Source: Phycisphaerales bacterium
GTDB lineage: Bacteria; Planctomycetota; Phycisphaerae; Phycisphaerales; UBA1924
Assembly (NCBI GenBank): GCA_029260495.1
Contig: JAJDDD010000009.1
Location: 434,266-498,265, forward strand
Length of the DNA stretch: 64,000 nucleotides
Reading direction: 5' to 3'
Made by a program: the position numbers and the translations under genes. The notes beneath the pieces were generated by a model. That model saw nothing but the letters and a program-made list of their open reading frames with translations. It was not told the DNA's origin and searched no databases. Positions within the stretch are counted from its first letter, which is position 1. Each line of letters begins with the position of its first letter. Positions 44,961 through 53,833 of the stretch are shown piece after piece.

Positions 44961-45031
44961 CTGGGGATCAAGGATTCGAACCTTGACTAACTGATTCAGA
45001 GTCAGTCGTGCTACCGTTACACCAATCCCCA
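44961..45031 (-). tRNA. tRNA-Gln: tRNA-Gln (anticodon CUG)
   Basis: Manual fold of 5'-UGGGGAU...AUCCCCAG. 7-bp acceptor stem, anticodon stem ACUGA/UCAGU with loop CUCUGAA, T-arm CAAGG-UUCGAAU-CCUUG. The CCA end is not encoded. Confidence 0.8.
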
Positions 45032-45106
45032 AGGATTGGTTCATCGTATCACGTCGGCAGATGGTCAGGCAAATCGTCCAGCGAGAGCTGGAGCCACCAA
45101 GTCGCC

Positions 45107-46267
45107 TCAGCCTTGCCATTCATCTTGCCAGCGGCGGAAATGCTCAATCTTCACCCGCCGTGCCGTCGCACCGTCGCTGGGCCTCGACGCCTTGACAATG
45201 TCAGCGAGAAGCTCGCTCGTCAGTGCAGCAGCATGCCCCTGCCAGCGGATTGTCCAGTCCGGACTAATAACCATAACGTGCGGAATGCCGCGCACGCCAA
45301 TTGAGTTCGCAACACGGTGGTGCGGATCTGCCGCCACCGCATAGTTCATCATCTTCTTTTGGGCAAAGTTGCGCACAACTTGCGCACTCTCAGAAGACAG
45401 CCCCACAACCTGCACACTGTCACTGAACTCAGCAGCCAGGCTGTTCATGTGCGGGATCCCCGCAACACACGGCCCGCACCACGTCGCCCAGAAATCCACA
45501 ACAACCACTTTCCCAGCCAGACTGTCCGGCTCGTTCTGCACCCATTCGCCGACCACAAGCCGCGGCGCCTTCTTGCCTTGCATATTCCGTGCGCTCAGCC
45601 GCCCTCGATTCGCAGGGGGGTAAGAGGCTGTCGTAACAGCCGGCGTCTCGATAACAATCTCCCCTTCCGGCGGCGCGGGAATCGCCGACACCTTCACCGT
45701 GGAGTCCACCGTTTCGCCAATGAGCTTCTGAACAGCGCCCTGCACGCCGCGCGCAGTCAACCCCGCGTAGCGCACCTCGCCATTTCGATCCAGCACCAGC
45801 GTCGTTGGTCTTCGATACACACCCAGCTCATCGAGATACGCGCCCGTCGCGTCAACCGCGATATGCACGCCCTCGATGGTCACATTGCTCAGAAACGCAT
45901 CAACATTCTCGGCGCCTTCCGGCGTGTGGATCGCGATCATCGCGACCTCATCACCGTACCGATTCAGACGGCTCAGCCGATTCGCAGCAGCCCGTCCCAG
46001 TGCGCTCTTGCTCGTCCATGTTTGCACCACCACGATCTTGCCGCGCAGCGCCCCCAGACTCAATGCCTCGCCATCCACCCATTCCAGCGAGTCAGACAAC
46101 TCGGGCAACGCATGCCCGCGCACATGGTCAAGCCACAGCCTGTCCTGCTCCGCAATACCAGGGTCCGCCCATCCCGTTGGAAGTGGCGCTGAATTCCCAG
46201 CGATCGCCAGCGGACTGCCTGCAAGCGCCAAGCCCATTGCCAGGCTTCCGAGAAGGCGTGCGAACAT
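45107..46267 (-). CDS. Periplasmic TlpA/ResA-like thiol:disulfide oxidoreductase with tandem thioredoxin-fold domains
   Basis: Signal peptide MFARLLGSLAMGLALAGSPLAIAG. WATWCGPCV CxxC motif in the second domain. The first domain lacks CxxC. Confidence 0.7.
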   Translation of the reverse strand: MFARLLGSLAMGLALAGSPLAIAGNSAPLPTGWADPGIAEQDRLWLDHVRGHALPELSDSLEWVDGEALSLGALRGKIVVVQTWTSKSALGRAAANRLSRLNRYGDEVAMIAIHTPEGAENVDAFLSNVTIEGVHIAVDATGAYLDELGVYRRPTTLVLDRNGEVRYAGLTARGVQGAVQKLIGETVDSTVKVSAIPAPPEGEIVIETPAVTTASYPPANRGRLSARNMQGKKAPRLVVGEWVQNEPDSLAGKVVVVDFWATWCGPCVAGIPHMNSLAAEFSDSVQVVGLSSESAQVVRNFAQKKMMNYAVAADPHHRVANSIGVRGIPHVMVISPDWTIRWQGHAAALTSELLADIVKASRPSDGATARRVKIEHFRRWQDEWQG

Positions 46268-46451
46268 GGAGTGTTCCTTTCGATGAATTCGAGTCTTCGT
46301 AGGGCTGCCAAACGCCCTCAGGCGCCGGGTTTTCCGTGTGTGATCAATGTTGGCCCGCCTCCTGGCGGTTCGTCTTGTCAACAAGACAAACCACCACGGC
46401 AGGCTGATTATTCCGATTGCGTCAGCCAAACGGCCCGTGAGTCTGACCCCC

Positions 46452-46907
46452 TCATCCCGCGCCGCTGCCTCGCTCCACAGCCGTGATCGCCTCCATCACG
46501 TCCCTGCAGATTGGAAAAACACGATCCAGCTGTGTCAATCTGAATAGATACGAAACTGACTGGGCGGCATTCGTCAGCGCGATCCGGCCGCCCGATTTCT
46601 GCAGCAGCGTAAGCATCTCCACCAGCGCTCCGATACACGCTGAGTCCATATAGCTGACGCTCTGCAAGTCAAACACCACGTGGCGAATCCCGCCGGCGCC
46701 AATGTGCTGGAGCAGATCCGCAATCAGTGTCTTCGCATCAAGTCCGGAAATCTCCGTCACCGTCACGGTCACCACGACCGTCTGACCGAGCTTCTCTAGC
46801 GTTGCGAGATTTTCCGGTGGTGGGGGAGCAGCGACGTCCGGGAGTCGCTCCTTGGCGAGCTCCTCCATAGCATTTTCAGTGCGCTTGGCTTGTTTTGACT
46901 TAAACAT
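46452..46907 (-). CDS. STAS-domain anti-sigma-factor antagonist-like protein
   Basis: GGAGG RBS. VTVTEISGLDAKTLIADLLQHIGAGGIRHVVFDLQSVSYMDSACIGALVEM is a SpoIIAA-like core. Confidence 0.6.
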   Translation of the reverse strand: MFKSKQAKRTENAMEELAKERLPDVAAPPPPENLATLEKLGQTVVVTVTVTEISGLDAKTLIADLLQHIGAGGIRHVVFDLQSVSYMDSACIGALVEMLTLLQKSGGRIALTNAAQSVSYLFRLTQLDRVFPICRDVMEAITAVERGSGAG

Positions 46908-47031
46908 GGTGAGCCTCCGTTTGGTTCTCCAACCACGCAGGCCAACTGCCTCATCGACATAACTCCTCGCCCGCTGAACATGCAGGTCAGGAGTCGTCGT
47001 CAAGAAGCTCCCATGATTCGGATTGCAACGG

Positions 47032-47280
47032 TTACCCGACCCGGCGATGAATCGCAGACGCCGATCCATTCGATTCGGGAGGACGATTTATCGGCGTCGC
47101 CCTGCCCGGCCGATCCGGTGGCAGCGTGTCCGGTCCAGACGACTGGCCGCCCTGTGGCCCCGCGGGCGCCGGGCTCGGTGTCTGCGTTTGCAGTCGCCGC
47201 GAGCGAGCCTCGTCAATGGAAGCGTCCAGTTTCCGCAGGATGTCCTTCACCTGGTCATATGACTTCTTTGACGTGCTCAT
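47032..47280 (-). CDS. Small hypothetical protein (82 aa) with a helical N-terminus and a P/G/Q-rich tail
   Basis: AGGAGG RBS 10 nt upstream of the ATG at 47280. No recognisable family. Confidence 0.35.
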   Translation of the reverse strand: MSTSKKSYDQVKDILRKLDASIDEARSRRLQTQTPSPAPAGPQGGQSSGPDTLPPDRPGRATPINRPPESNGSASAIHRRVG

Positions 47281-47513
47281 CTCTTGACGCCTCCTTGCGT
47301 TTGCGATATCGGCCCGTGCAGGGGGTGTCTTGCGTCGTCGTGGACCTCTTTTGGCGACGGAACGCCGGTCTGTGTGGTCTGGGCGAGAAGCCAACCAGCA
47401 TGTCCGCCCGATAAGGCGTTGAAATCAGTCGCTCCACTTCATCGGGGCCCTCGCCACCTCGCTACAGTTGTGCCCTCGCACTGATCCCCGTAAGCGCTAC
47501 CCAGGAGTGAATC

Positions 47514-48695
47514 ATGTCGCCCCAGACTGCCCGCCCCGCCATTGATCTCTCTGATCTCGCTGTCAACGGCGCCCCGCCGATCTCAAACACTTCGATCGGC
47601 GTCATTTCAGTCACGCTCACCGAAGCGGATATCGACGCCGCCGTCAGCGTGTTGCGATCAGGCATGCTCGCCCAGGGACCCCACGTCGCGGAGTTCGAAG
47701 AGCGATTTGCGAAAATAACCGGCGCCAAACACGCCGTCGCCTGCGCCAATGGCACCTGCGCCCTCCAACTCGCCTACGGCGTCCTCATCAATCCCGGCGA
47801 CGAAGTCCTCGTCCCCGCCTGGGGCTACATTGCGACTGCATCTATGATCGTCGCAGCCGGCGCCAAACCCATCTTCTGCGACGCTGATCCAACCACCTAC
47901 AACATCGATCCTCAAGACGCCGCTCGCAAGATCACCAGCCGCACAACCGCAATCGCAGCGACGCATCTCTACGGAGCGCCCGTTGATATTAATCGCTTTG
48001 ACGCGCTCGCAAAGGAACGCGACCTTCACATCATCTATGACGCCGCCCAGTCTCATCTCGCGACATTCAACAACACCGGGCTCGGCGCGTTCGGCGACGC
48101 CGTCACCTACAGCTTCTATCCCACAAAAAACATGACGACCGGCGAAGGCGGAATGGTCACCACCAACGACCAAGAAGTCGCCAATCGCCTGCGCCAGCTT
48201 CGCAGTCACGGCGAAACAGAAAAATACGTCCACGGAACCATCGGCTTCAACTACCGAATGACAGACCTTGAAGCTGCCATCGGGGTCAGCCAGCTCTCGC
48301 GCCTGCCTGACCTCACCGGCCAGCGCCAACACAACGCCCGCGCGCACGACGCTGCCATCGCCAAAATCGAAGGACTACACGCGCCCGTCACAGCGCCAAA
48401 CAGTGAACACGCATATCACTTGTATGCAGTGCGCATGGAAGTCGATCGATTCAAATGCACTCGCGATGAGTTCTGCGCCGCGCTCAAAGCTGAGGGCGTG
48501 GGGTCAGCAATTCACTATCCACGCTCGCTGACACGCCAGCCTGTCTTCGCCAGCGAAATCGCTGATCATCCCCCCGTGGCCGATCGTTTGGCTGAATCCC
48601 TCTTCTGCATTCCCGTGCATCCAGCCCTCTCAGAGCAGGAAGTCGCCCTTGTCGGCGAGGCGCTCGCGAAAGTTGCCGCTGCGTATCGCATGTGA
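47514..48695 (+). CDS. DegT/DnrJ/EryC1/StrS family PLP-dependent sugar aminotransferase
   Basis: AGGAG RBS. Family pattern (…GDEVLVPAWGYIATA…, active-site Lys region FYPTKNMTTGEGG). Confidence 0.85.
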   Translation: MSPQTARPAIDLSDLAVNGAPPISNTSIGVISVTLTEADIDAAVSVLRSGMLAQGPHVAEFEERFAKITGAKHAVACANGTCALQLAYGVLINPGDEVLVPAWGYIATASMIVAAGAKPIFCDADPTTYNIDPQDAARKITSRTTAIAATHLYGAPVDINRFDALAKERDLHIIYDAAQSHLATFNNTGLGAFGDAVTYSFYPTKNMTTGEGGMVTTNDQEVANRLRQLRSHGETEKYVHGTIGFNYRMTDLEAAIGVSQLSRLPDLTGQRQHNARAHDAAIAKIEGLHAPVTAPNSEHAYHLYAVRMEVDRFKCTRDEFCAALKAEGVGSAIHYPRSLTRQPVFASEIADHPPVADRLAESLFCIPVHPALSEQEVALVGEALAKVAAAYRM

Positions 48696-48728
48696 TTGGC
48701 AAATGAACAGCCTCATACTGCGCCGTTC

Positions 48729-49739
48729 CTACTGCGGAAAGCGAATATCAAGCACGATCGCTGCGTCATCCGCCTCAAGTGTCGCAGGGCCCAACCCCGC
48801 CGGCGCCAGCGTTGTGTTCCCCGGGTGTAGGTGATGCAGCCGCCAGCTTCCATCTGTTGATCGCAACCGCGCCGATCCCTCAATGCACATAAGAACCGCC
48901 GGTGCGCCATCACTCTCAAGAGTGTGCATGTCGCCTTGGCGCGAACGCAGCTCACGAATCACGAAAAATTCCGTGCGCACAAGCTCCGTAAGCCCGGCGC
49001 CTTCCCCCCGCGCCGGCTTCATCGGTGTCGGCGTCTCGAAATCAATGCAGGCCAGCGCCTGCTCAATGTGCAGCTCGCGCCCCGCTCGTCCCCAATCAAA
49101 AACGCGGAACGTCGTGTCGCTTGGCGTTTGCACTTCAGCTACCAACACACCCGCGCCGAGCGCATGAACCGTCCCGCTGGGCAGATTGTGACAATCACCG
49201 TTCTTCACAGGAACCGCGATCAAATCCTCCACGACTGTTCCATCTTCTATGTGCGCGCGAAAACGCTCAGTCGTCACGCCAGGCTTGACCCCCTTATAAA
49301 TCACCGCGCCGGGTTCAGCCTCAACTACGTACCACGCCTCGGTTTTTAAGTGAGCATCAGTGTGGCTCCGGGCGTATTCCGGACTCGGATGCACCTGCAC
49401 CGAAAGGTCTTCGCGTGCGTCAAGAAATTTGATCAAAAGTGGAAAGCCATCTTCGGGCGCCGTTGAGATCCGCCCCATGAACTGATCGCCCCATGCTTGC
49501 ATCACCTCGCGGATCGTTCGTCCCTGCATAGCCCCGCTGTCGATGATGGAGTGGGCCGACCCGCCTCCTCCGCCTGACGGGCTCGTGGAAGCAAGATCAA
49601 CAATCTCCCACGATTCGCCAACCTTCGCTTCCGGCGGCAGTTTTTTCCCGAGTCTCTCCAGCCGCCGCCCGCCCCAGACCTTCTCCATCAGGATCGGCGT
49701 GAATGTGAGCGGCTCAATCGATTGTGGCGTCTCAGTCAT
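48729..49739 (-). CDS. manA: Type I mannose-6-phosphate isomerase (cupin)
   Basis: LMEKVWGG, PLLIKFLDAREDLSVQVHP and AWYVVEAEPGAVIY zinc-ligand regions. Confidence 0.75.
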   Translation of the reverse strand: MTETPQSIEPLTFTPILMEKVWGGRRLERLGKKLPPEAKVGESWEIVDLASTSPSGGGGGSAHSIIDSGAMQGRTIREVMQAWGDQFMGRISTAPEDGFPLLIKFLDAREDLSVQVHPSPEYARSHTDAHLKTEAWYVVEAEPGAVIYKGVKPGVTTERFRAHIEDGTVVEDLIAVPVKNGDCHNLPSGTVHALGAGVLVAEVQTPSDTTFRVFDWGRAGRELHIEQALACIDFETPTPMKPARGEGAGLTELVRTEFFVIRELRSRQGDMHTLESDGAPAVLMCIEGSARLRSTDGSWRLHHLHPGNTTLAPAGLGPATLEADDAAIVLDIRFPQ

Positions 49740-51009
49740 GGGCAGGATTGTGACCTTCCCCCGCTCCCGGCTCAAACGTCGCCGAGCCGCCTTTGTCAGC
49801 TTCCGGCTCGGCAGTCTCTTTGTGACGAGCTGCTCGCCGCATCAAACGGGCAAGTTCCTCGGCAGTCGGAGTGTGCTCACCCAGCCTGACGAACGCATCC
49901 GTTCGGCGACTCTGAGCCAGCAGCACATGATGGCTCACCAGCCCGATGGTCTCCTGGGCGGCGTCACTGATGGGCCCCATGCGCACACGGCCCTCGAACG
50001 TGCGCACCTGCACGAGCGATTCTGCAACGGCTCCCCGATCCGCCGGATCCAGATCACAGATCGGCGCCGCCAAACTCGGCGTGATGAGCCAGAGTCGAAT
50101 CCAGCCTTTGCGAGCGCAACGAACCAGCGCCAGCCAGCGAAAGTCCTCCAGTTCGCCAACGCCGCCAAACTCAGATTTGCTGAATGGGCCCAGGGCATCG
50201 AGTTGGCCCTTGAGCTGCTTCGCCTGCTCGAAGCTCTGCTCTTCCGCTGCCCGTCGCATTGTGTCGTTGATGCGGTCGATGTGCGCACTGATCGGCTCAC
50301 GAGAAAAAGCGATCGCCTGCGCGAGTCGTTCCTTGTACACAGCCATTGTTTCGCTTCCGTCGCAGGGCGCCGGGCACTTGCCCATTTCCTTATATGCGCA
50401 CGCTTGCCCATTGGGCGCCTGCTCAAGAATGTGCGGAAACCGGCACAGATCAAACAGATCGTCGAGCAGATCGGTGAACCGGGTGAGCTTGTGTTTATCG
50501 CGGAAGGGTCCGATGAGGGCGGTTCCTTCGTCGCAGCTGACGTCCTTCGTCAGTGACCATCCGGGCAGCGCTGTTTTGGTCCAGCGCGGAAAAGGCGCCT
50601 TCCGGTCGACATGGGCAAACCACGCCTGCCATCGCGAGATCGCCGCTCGGTGTGTGTGCGGCGCCAACCGGCGGGCCAGATGCAGGAATATCAGATCGCG
50701 CTCAAAGACACTCGATGACGAAACCACCAGGATTCTGCGCACAAGCCCGCGAAGCTCCGCCAGCGCCGGCGCCGGGCTGGCAGCGTCTTCGAGGCCGAGC
50801 TTCCGACACACATGCGCACGGGCGCTGCTTGTGCAGGCGATGAGCACGGTCTCTAAGCGCGCAGATTGAAGGATGACGACGCCGCCCGTCGTCGGGATGC
50901 GCGCGACAGCTTCCTTGATGGAGCTGTCTTCAATCGTGATATTGACATCAGGCGAGAAACAAGCGTCAAGCGCACTGTGCAAGCAAGCTTCCCGGCTTTG
51001 GCTGGGCAT
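49732..51009 (-). CDS. UvrC-like protein covering only the N-terminal half (degenerate GIY-YIG, Cys cluster, UVR domain). Lacks the C-terminal nuclease and HhH half.
   Basis: CAYKEMGKCPAPC matches the UvrC C-x-Y-x4-C-x2-P-C box. AEEQSFEQAKQLKGQLDAL is UVR-like. The GIY-YIG tyrosines and GKA are replaced. The start may be internal. Confidence 0.45.
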   Translation of the reverse strand: MPSQSREACLHSALDACFSPDVNITIEDSSIKEAVARIPTTGGVVILQSARLETVLIACTSSARAHVCRKLGLEDAASPAPALAELRGLVRRILVVSSSSVFERDLIFLHLARRLAPHTHRAAISRWQAWFAHVDRKAPFPRWTKTALPGWSLTKDVSCDEGTALIGPFRDKHKLTRFTDLLDDLFDLCRFPHILEQAPNGQACAYKEMGKCPAPCDGSETMAVYKERLAQAIAFSREPISAHIDRINDTMRRAAEEQSFEQAKQLKGQLDALGPFSKSEFGGVGELEDFRWLALVRCARKGWIRLWLITPSLAAPICDLDPADRGAVAESLVQVRTFEGRVRMGPISDAAQETIGLVSHHVLLAQSRRTDAFVRLGEHTPTAEELARLMRRAARHKETAEPEADKGGSATFEPGAGEGHNPAHD

Positions 51010-51018
51010 CCGGTTGTG

Positions 51019-51564
51019 TCACAACGCCGTGGGAGCGATATCGTTCAGAACCATCCCGGTGATTTTGCTCTCAAAGACGAGTTTGTCGTCAACGACGCCC
51101 TGAATACGCGTGATGAACCGGCGCGGACGATAGTGAACTTCCCTGCACAGGAGCAGCAGATCATCGCCGGGGGAGACGGCGCCTCGAAAGGTAGTGTCTT
51201 CAATTCGTGTGAATCCAGCGACGCAGGGCACACCAAGGCGCTTGTAGAAGAGATAGCTCGAAAGCTGTGCGCCGGCCTCAACCATCAGAACGCCAGGGAG
51301 CACAGGCTTGCTGGGAAAGTGTCCCTTGACCCAGAACTCATCATGACGGACATGCTTGACCGCGATGCCTGCTTCATAGCCGGGCAAATGCCAGAGGATT
51401 GCATCCAACTGCACGATTTCGCCGCGGTGCGGGAGTATTTCGCACACCTGCTCACGTGTGAGTAGCGCATGCGACAGGTCCAACTCCTTGTAGTCCAGGA
51501 TAAACCCGGATCGAGAGTCGCAGGAAGGCAGGGGCGCCAAGGGTGTTTGGGCCTTGCTGGGCAT
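51019..51564 (-). CDS. fabZ: 3-hydroxyacyl-ACP dehydratase FabZ (hotdog fold)
   Basis: HFPSKPVLPGVLMVEAGAQ matches the FabZ active-site motif. Confidence 0.8.
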   Translation of the reverse strand: MPSKAQTPLAPLPSCDSRSGFILDYKELDLSHALLTREQVCEILPHRGEIVQLDAILWHLPGYEAGIAVKHVRHDEFWVKGHFPSKPVLPGVLMVEAGAQLSSYLFYKRLGVPCVAGFTRIEDTTFRGAVSPGDDLLLLCREVHYRPRRFITRIQGVVDDKLVFESKITGMVLNDIAPTAL

Positions 51565-51603
51565 TGCTTCCGGTGAATAAGGGTTGTTGGGCCTGGCCTG
51601 ATA

Positions 51604-51855
51604 TCAATCCTGGCGCAGGTCCAGCACCTTCACCCGAACCTCCTGGGCGGTGTTTTTGATGTCCTGCATCACTTTGCGGATGCGGGTGCCAGCGGCTTTG
51701 TTGCCGCCTTCAGCTTTGCGAATATCTTCATCAATTTCTGAGATCAACTGCTTCAGACGCTCGAATGCCTCCACGCTCAGTCTCCGTTCGCTAAAAGGGG
51801 CGGATTGCGGCGCACCATGGCCGGCGAAGACGGCAATTTGACCGATACCGGCCAT
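51604..51855 (-). CDS. Histone H1-like protein, Hc1 family
   Basis: LKQLISEIDEDIRKAEGGNKAAGTRIRKVMQDIKNTAQEVR aligns with chlamydial Hc1 (LKAEKGNKAAAQRVR). The ORF can extend to 52050 with an Arg-rich N-terminus. Confidence 0.5.
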   Translation of the reverse strand: MAGIGQIAVFAGHGAPQSAPFSERRLSVEAFERLKQLISEIDEDIRKAEGGNKAAGTRIRKVMQDIKNTAQEVRVKVLDLRQD

Positions 51856-51937
51856 CTTGGCAAGTCGCCCCCTCACAGAGAGCCTCTGGCGGGGGGCCGG
51901 ATGGCCAAAACGCAACCCTGTGGAGTCTGCGACTGCC

Positions 51938-53125
51938 TCAATGCCACGGGTCGATCGCCCCCTGCTCGTCACACTCGCCCTCAGCTCCCGCACTTGGGCC
52001 AAAAGTGATGGCGTTTTTGCCCTGACTCTTGGCCTGAAGGGACAACTCATCAGCCCGGGCTATCAGAGAAGAGGCATCGTGGCCATCCCAGGGAAAAGTC
52101 GCCATTCCAGCGGAGATAGTCAATGTCTGGGGGGCCTCGGCGCCGAGCTTGGGGAACCGATGTTCGCAGATTTGCTGCTGGAATCGTCTGGCGATCTGGC
52201 CAATCTCCGCCGGGGGCTGGCTCGCGGGGCTGCGCGGCCCCTCGGGGCTGTCGAAGACGACGACAAACTCGTCACCGCCGAGCCGGCAAACGCGATCGGT
52301 GGGGCGAATGACGGATTGCAACAGCCTGACCGATTCTCGAAGGATTTCATCGCCGGCGGCGTGCCCGTAGCGATCGTTGTAGCTCTTGAAGTCATCAATA
52401 TCAAAGAGCATAACCGTCACCGTGACGCGCATCGCGCGAGCCCGCGCGAGAGCAGCCGGCAGGAAGCGGTCGAGGTATCTCCGGCTCCATGCTCCGGTCA
52501 GTGAATCAGTGAACGCAGCGAGGCGCAGCTGGCGCTGTTGCTCAACGAGCGCAAGCCACGGCGCGAGAATGCTTGCTTCATGAGTGAGGGTCGCCTGGTC
52601 TGTTGCGTCGCCAATGAGCCAGCCGAAACGGTGGCCGAGGCGCTCGACGGGCGCGCGCGCCGCAGACGGGGTTGTATCGTCGCTTGGTTCGTTCTCCGAA
52701 GAAAAGCGGAGTGTGTCGTCCTGCGTGCGCACTCGGGCGGCTTCAAGCAGACACTCTGTCGGATCCCCGCCAGTGAGGATGTCTTCCAGCGTGCGCACGT
52801 CTGGAACCGGCGCAAGGTCAGCAGTTGCCGCGGCGGGAGCTTTGCCGTTTTCAAACGCGATGCTTTCGTTCTCGAGGACGCGCAGCTGGACATCGGCGCG
52901 AATGCAGCGCGCGGCTTCGAGGAACCGGGCGCGCTCGTTTGATTCGAGAAGGCCTGCAGGCATGACGATTTCGCACGGATGCTGCCCGGGAGCTTCGCGC
53001 AGCGCCAAGAGCGAATCGACGGGCGATTCTGCATGAAAGGCGAGCGATTCCTGTGGGTCAACTGAATCGGAGGCCAGCCCGACGCTGATCAACGTGGTGT
53101 CACTCTGTTGGCGATCGCTGGTCAT
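51938..53125 (-). CDS. GGDEF-domain diguanylate cyclase with an uncharacterised N-terminal domain
   Basis: RYGHAAGDEILRESV and RLGGDEFVVVF (GGDEF) motifs. Confidence 0.8.
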   Translation of the reverse strand: MTSDRQQSDTTLISVGLASDSVDPQESLAFHAESPVDSLLALREAPGQHPCEIVMPAGLLESNERARFLEAARCIRADVQLRVLENESIAFENGKAPAAATADLAPVPDVRTLEDILTGGDPTECLLEAARVRTQDDTLRFSSENEPSDDTTPSAARAPVERLGHRFGWLIGDATDQATLTHEASILAPWLALVEQQRQLRLAAFTDSLTGAWSRRYLDRFLPAALARARAMRVTVTVMLFDIDDFKSYNDRYGHAAGDEILRESVRLLQSVIRPTDRVCRLGGDEFVVVFDSPEGPRSPASQPPAEIGQIARRFQQQICEHRFPKLGAEAPQTLTISAGMATFPWDGHDASSLIARADELSLQAKSQGKNAITFGPSAGAEGECDEQGAIDPWH

Positions 53126-53128
53126 TGT

Positions 53129-53833
53129 TCACACGCCCTCCTGATCGGGGGCATCAAGGTCGTCGCGCAGAAGCATGGCGAGTTCTTCGCTCGTGAGTGA
53201 CGCCCGGGCTGGGGGCGCGTCGTCTGTGTGCTGAAGGGGGGAGCCCAGGCTCTCGTCTTCGCCGGGGAATTCAACATCAAGCATGCCATCACGAAAACGC
53301 AGTGATTCTGCCTGTTCATGCTTATTCGGTTTTTCGCCGTTGCGATTTGGCGCCGCTGATGAAGCGTCTGTGCGCAAATTGTCGGGATCAGCATTGGATT
53401 GATTGCGAGAACGCGGGGAAGAGAAATAGCCACACAACTGTGGGCGCTCTGCGGCGCAGAAGCGCCAACACACCACGTCCGGCGCACGGGTTCGCAGCGC
53501 TTTGGCGAGTTCATCAGCGCGGGGGACGCGATCGGGCTCAACGATCACCACCGCTTGCCCTGTTTGCGATTCAGCCACCAGAGCAGCCGCTGCGAAGACA
53601 TCTGAAACGATCGCAAGCGTAGCGCCGCGACTTTCCAGTGTGCGCACCAGCTCATCCGGTGCTCGCGCGCCGGCGCAGATCATGACGCATTCGACAGGAT
53701 CGCTGGAGGGCGACTTGTGTCGGTCCGCGTCAGTTTTCTCGGCCGGTCGGGGCATACCGAAGTCTAGCACGCGCTGGGGGTGGAAATGGACCGGATGATG
53801 CATCGCGGGGAACGGGGGATAAAGGCTTTTCAT
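53129..53833 (-). CDS. Hypothetical protein
   Basis: ORF abutting the GGDEF and murG genes on the same strand. Low-complexity acidic C-terminus. No recognised motif. Confidence 0.35.
   Translation of the reverse strand: MKSLYPPFPAMHHPVHFHPQRVLDFGMPRPAEKTDADRHKSPSSDPVECVMICAGARAPDELVRTLESRGATLAIVSDVFAAAALVAESQTGQAVVIVEPDRVPRADELAKALRTRAPDVVCWRFCAAERPQLCGYFSSPRSRNQSNADPDNLRTDASSAAPNRNGEKPNKHEQAESLRFRDGMLDVEFPGEDESLGSPLQHTDDAPPARASLTSEELAMLLRDDLDAPDQEGV

Noticed and set aside
44730-45119. 129-aa ORF
   Set aside because: It overlaps the tRNA-Gln gene. The sequence is explained by the tRNA.
49946-50869. 307-aa plus-strand ORF antisense to the UvrC-like gene
   Set aside because: Ser/Arg/Ala low-complexity composition. 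The opposite strand has recognisable motifs.
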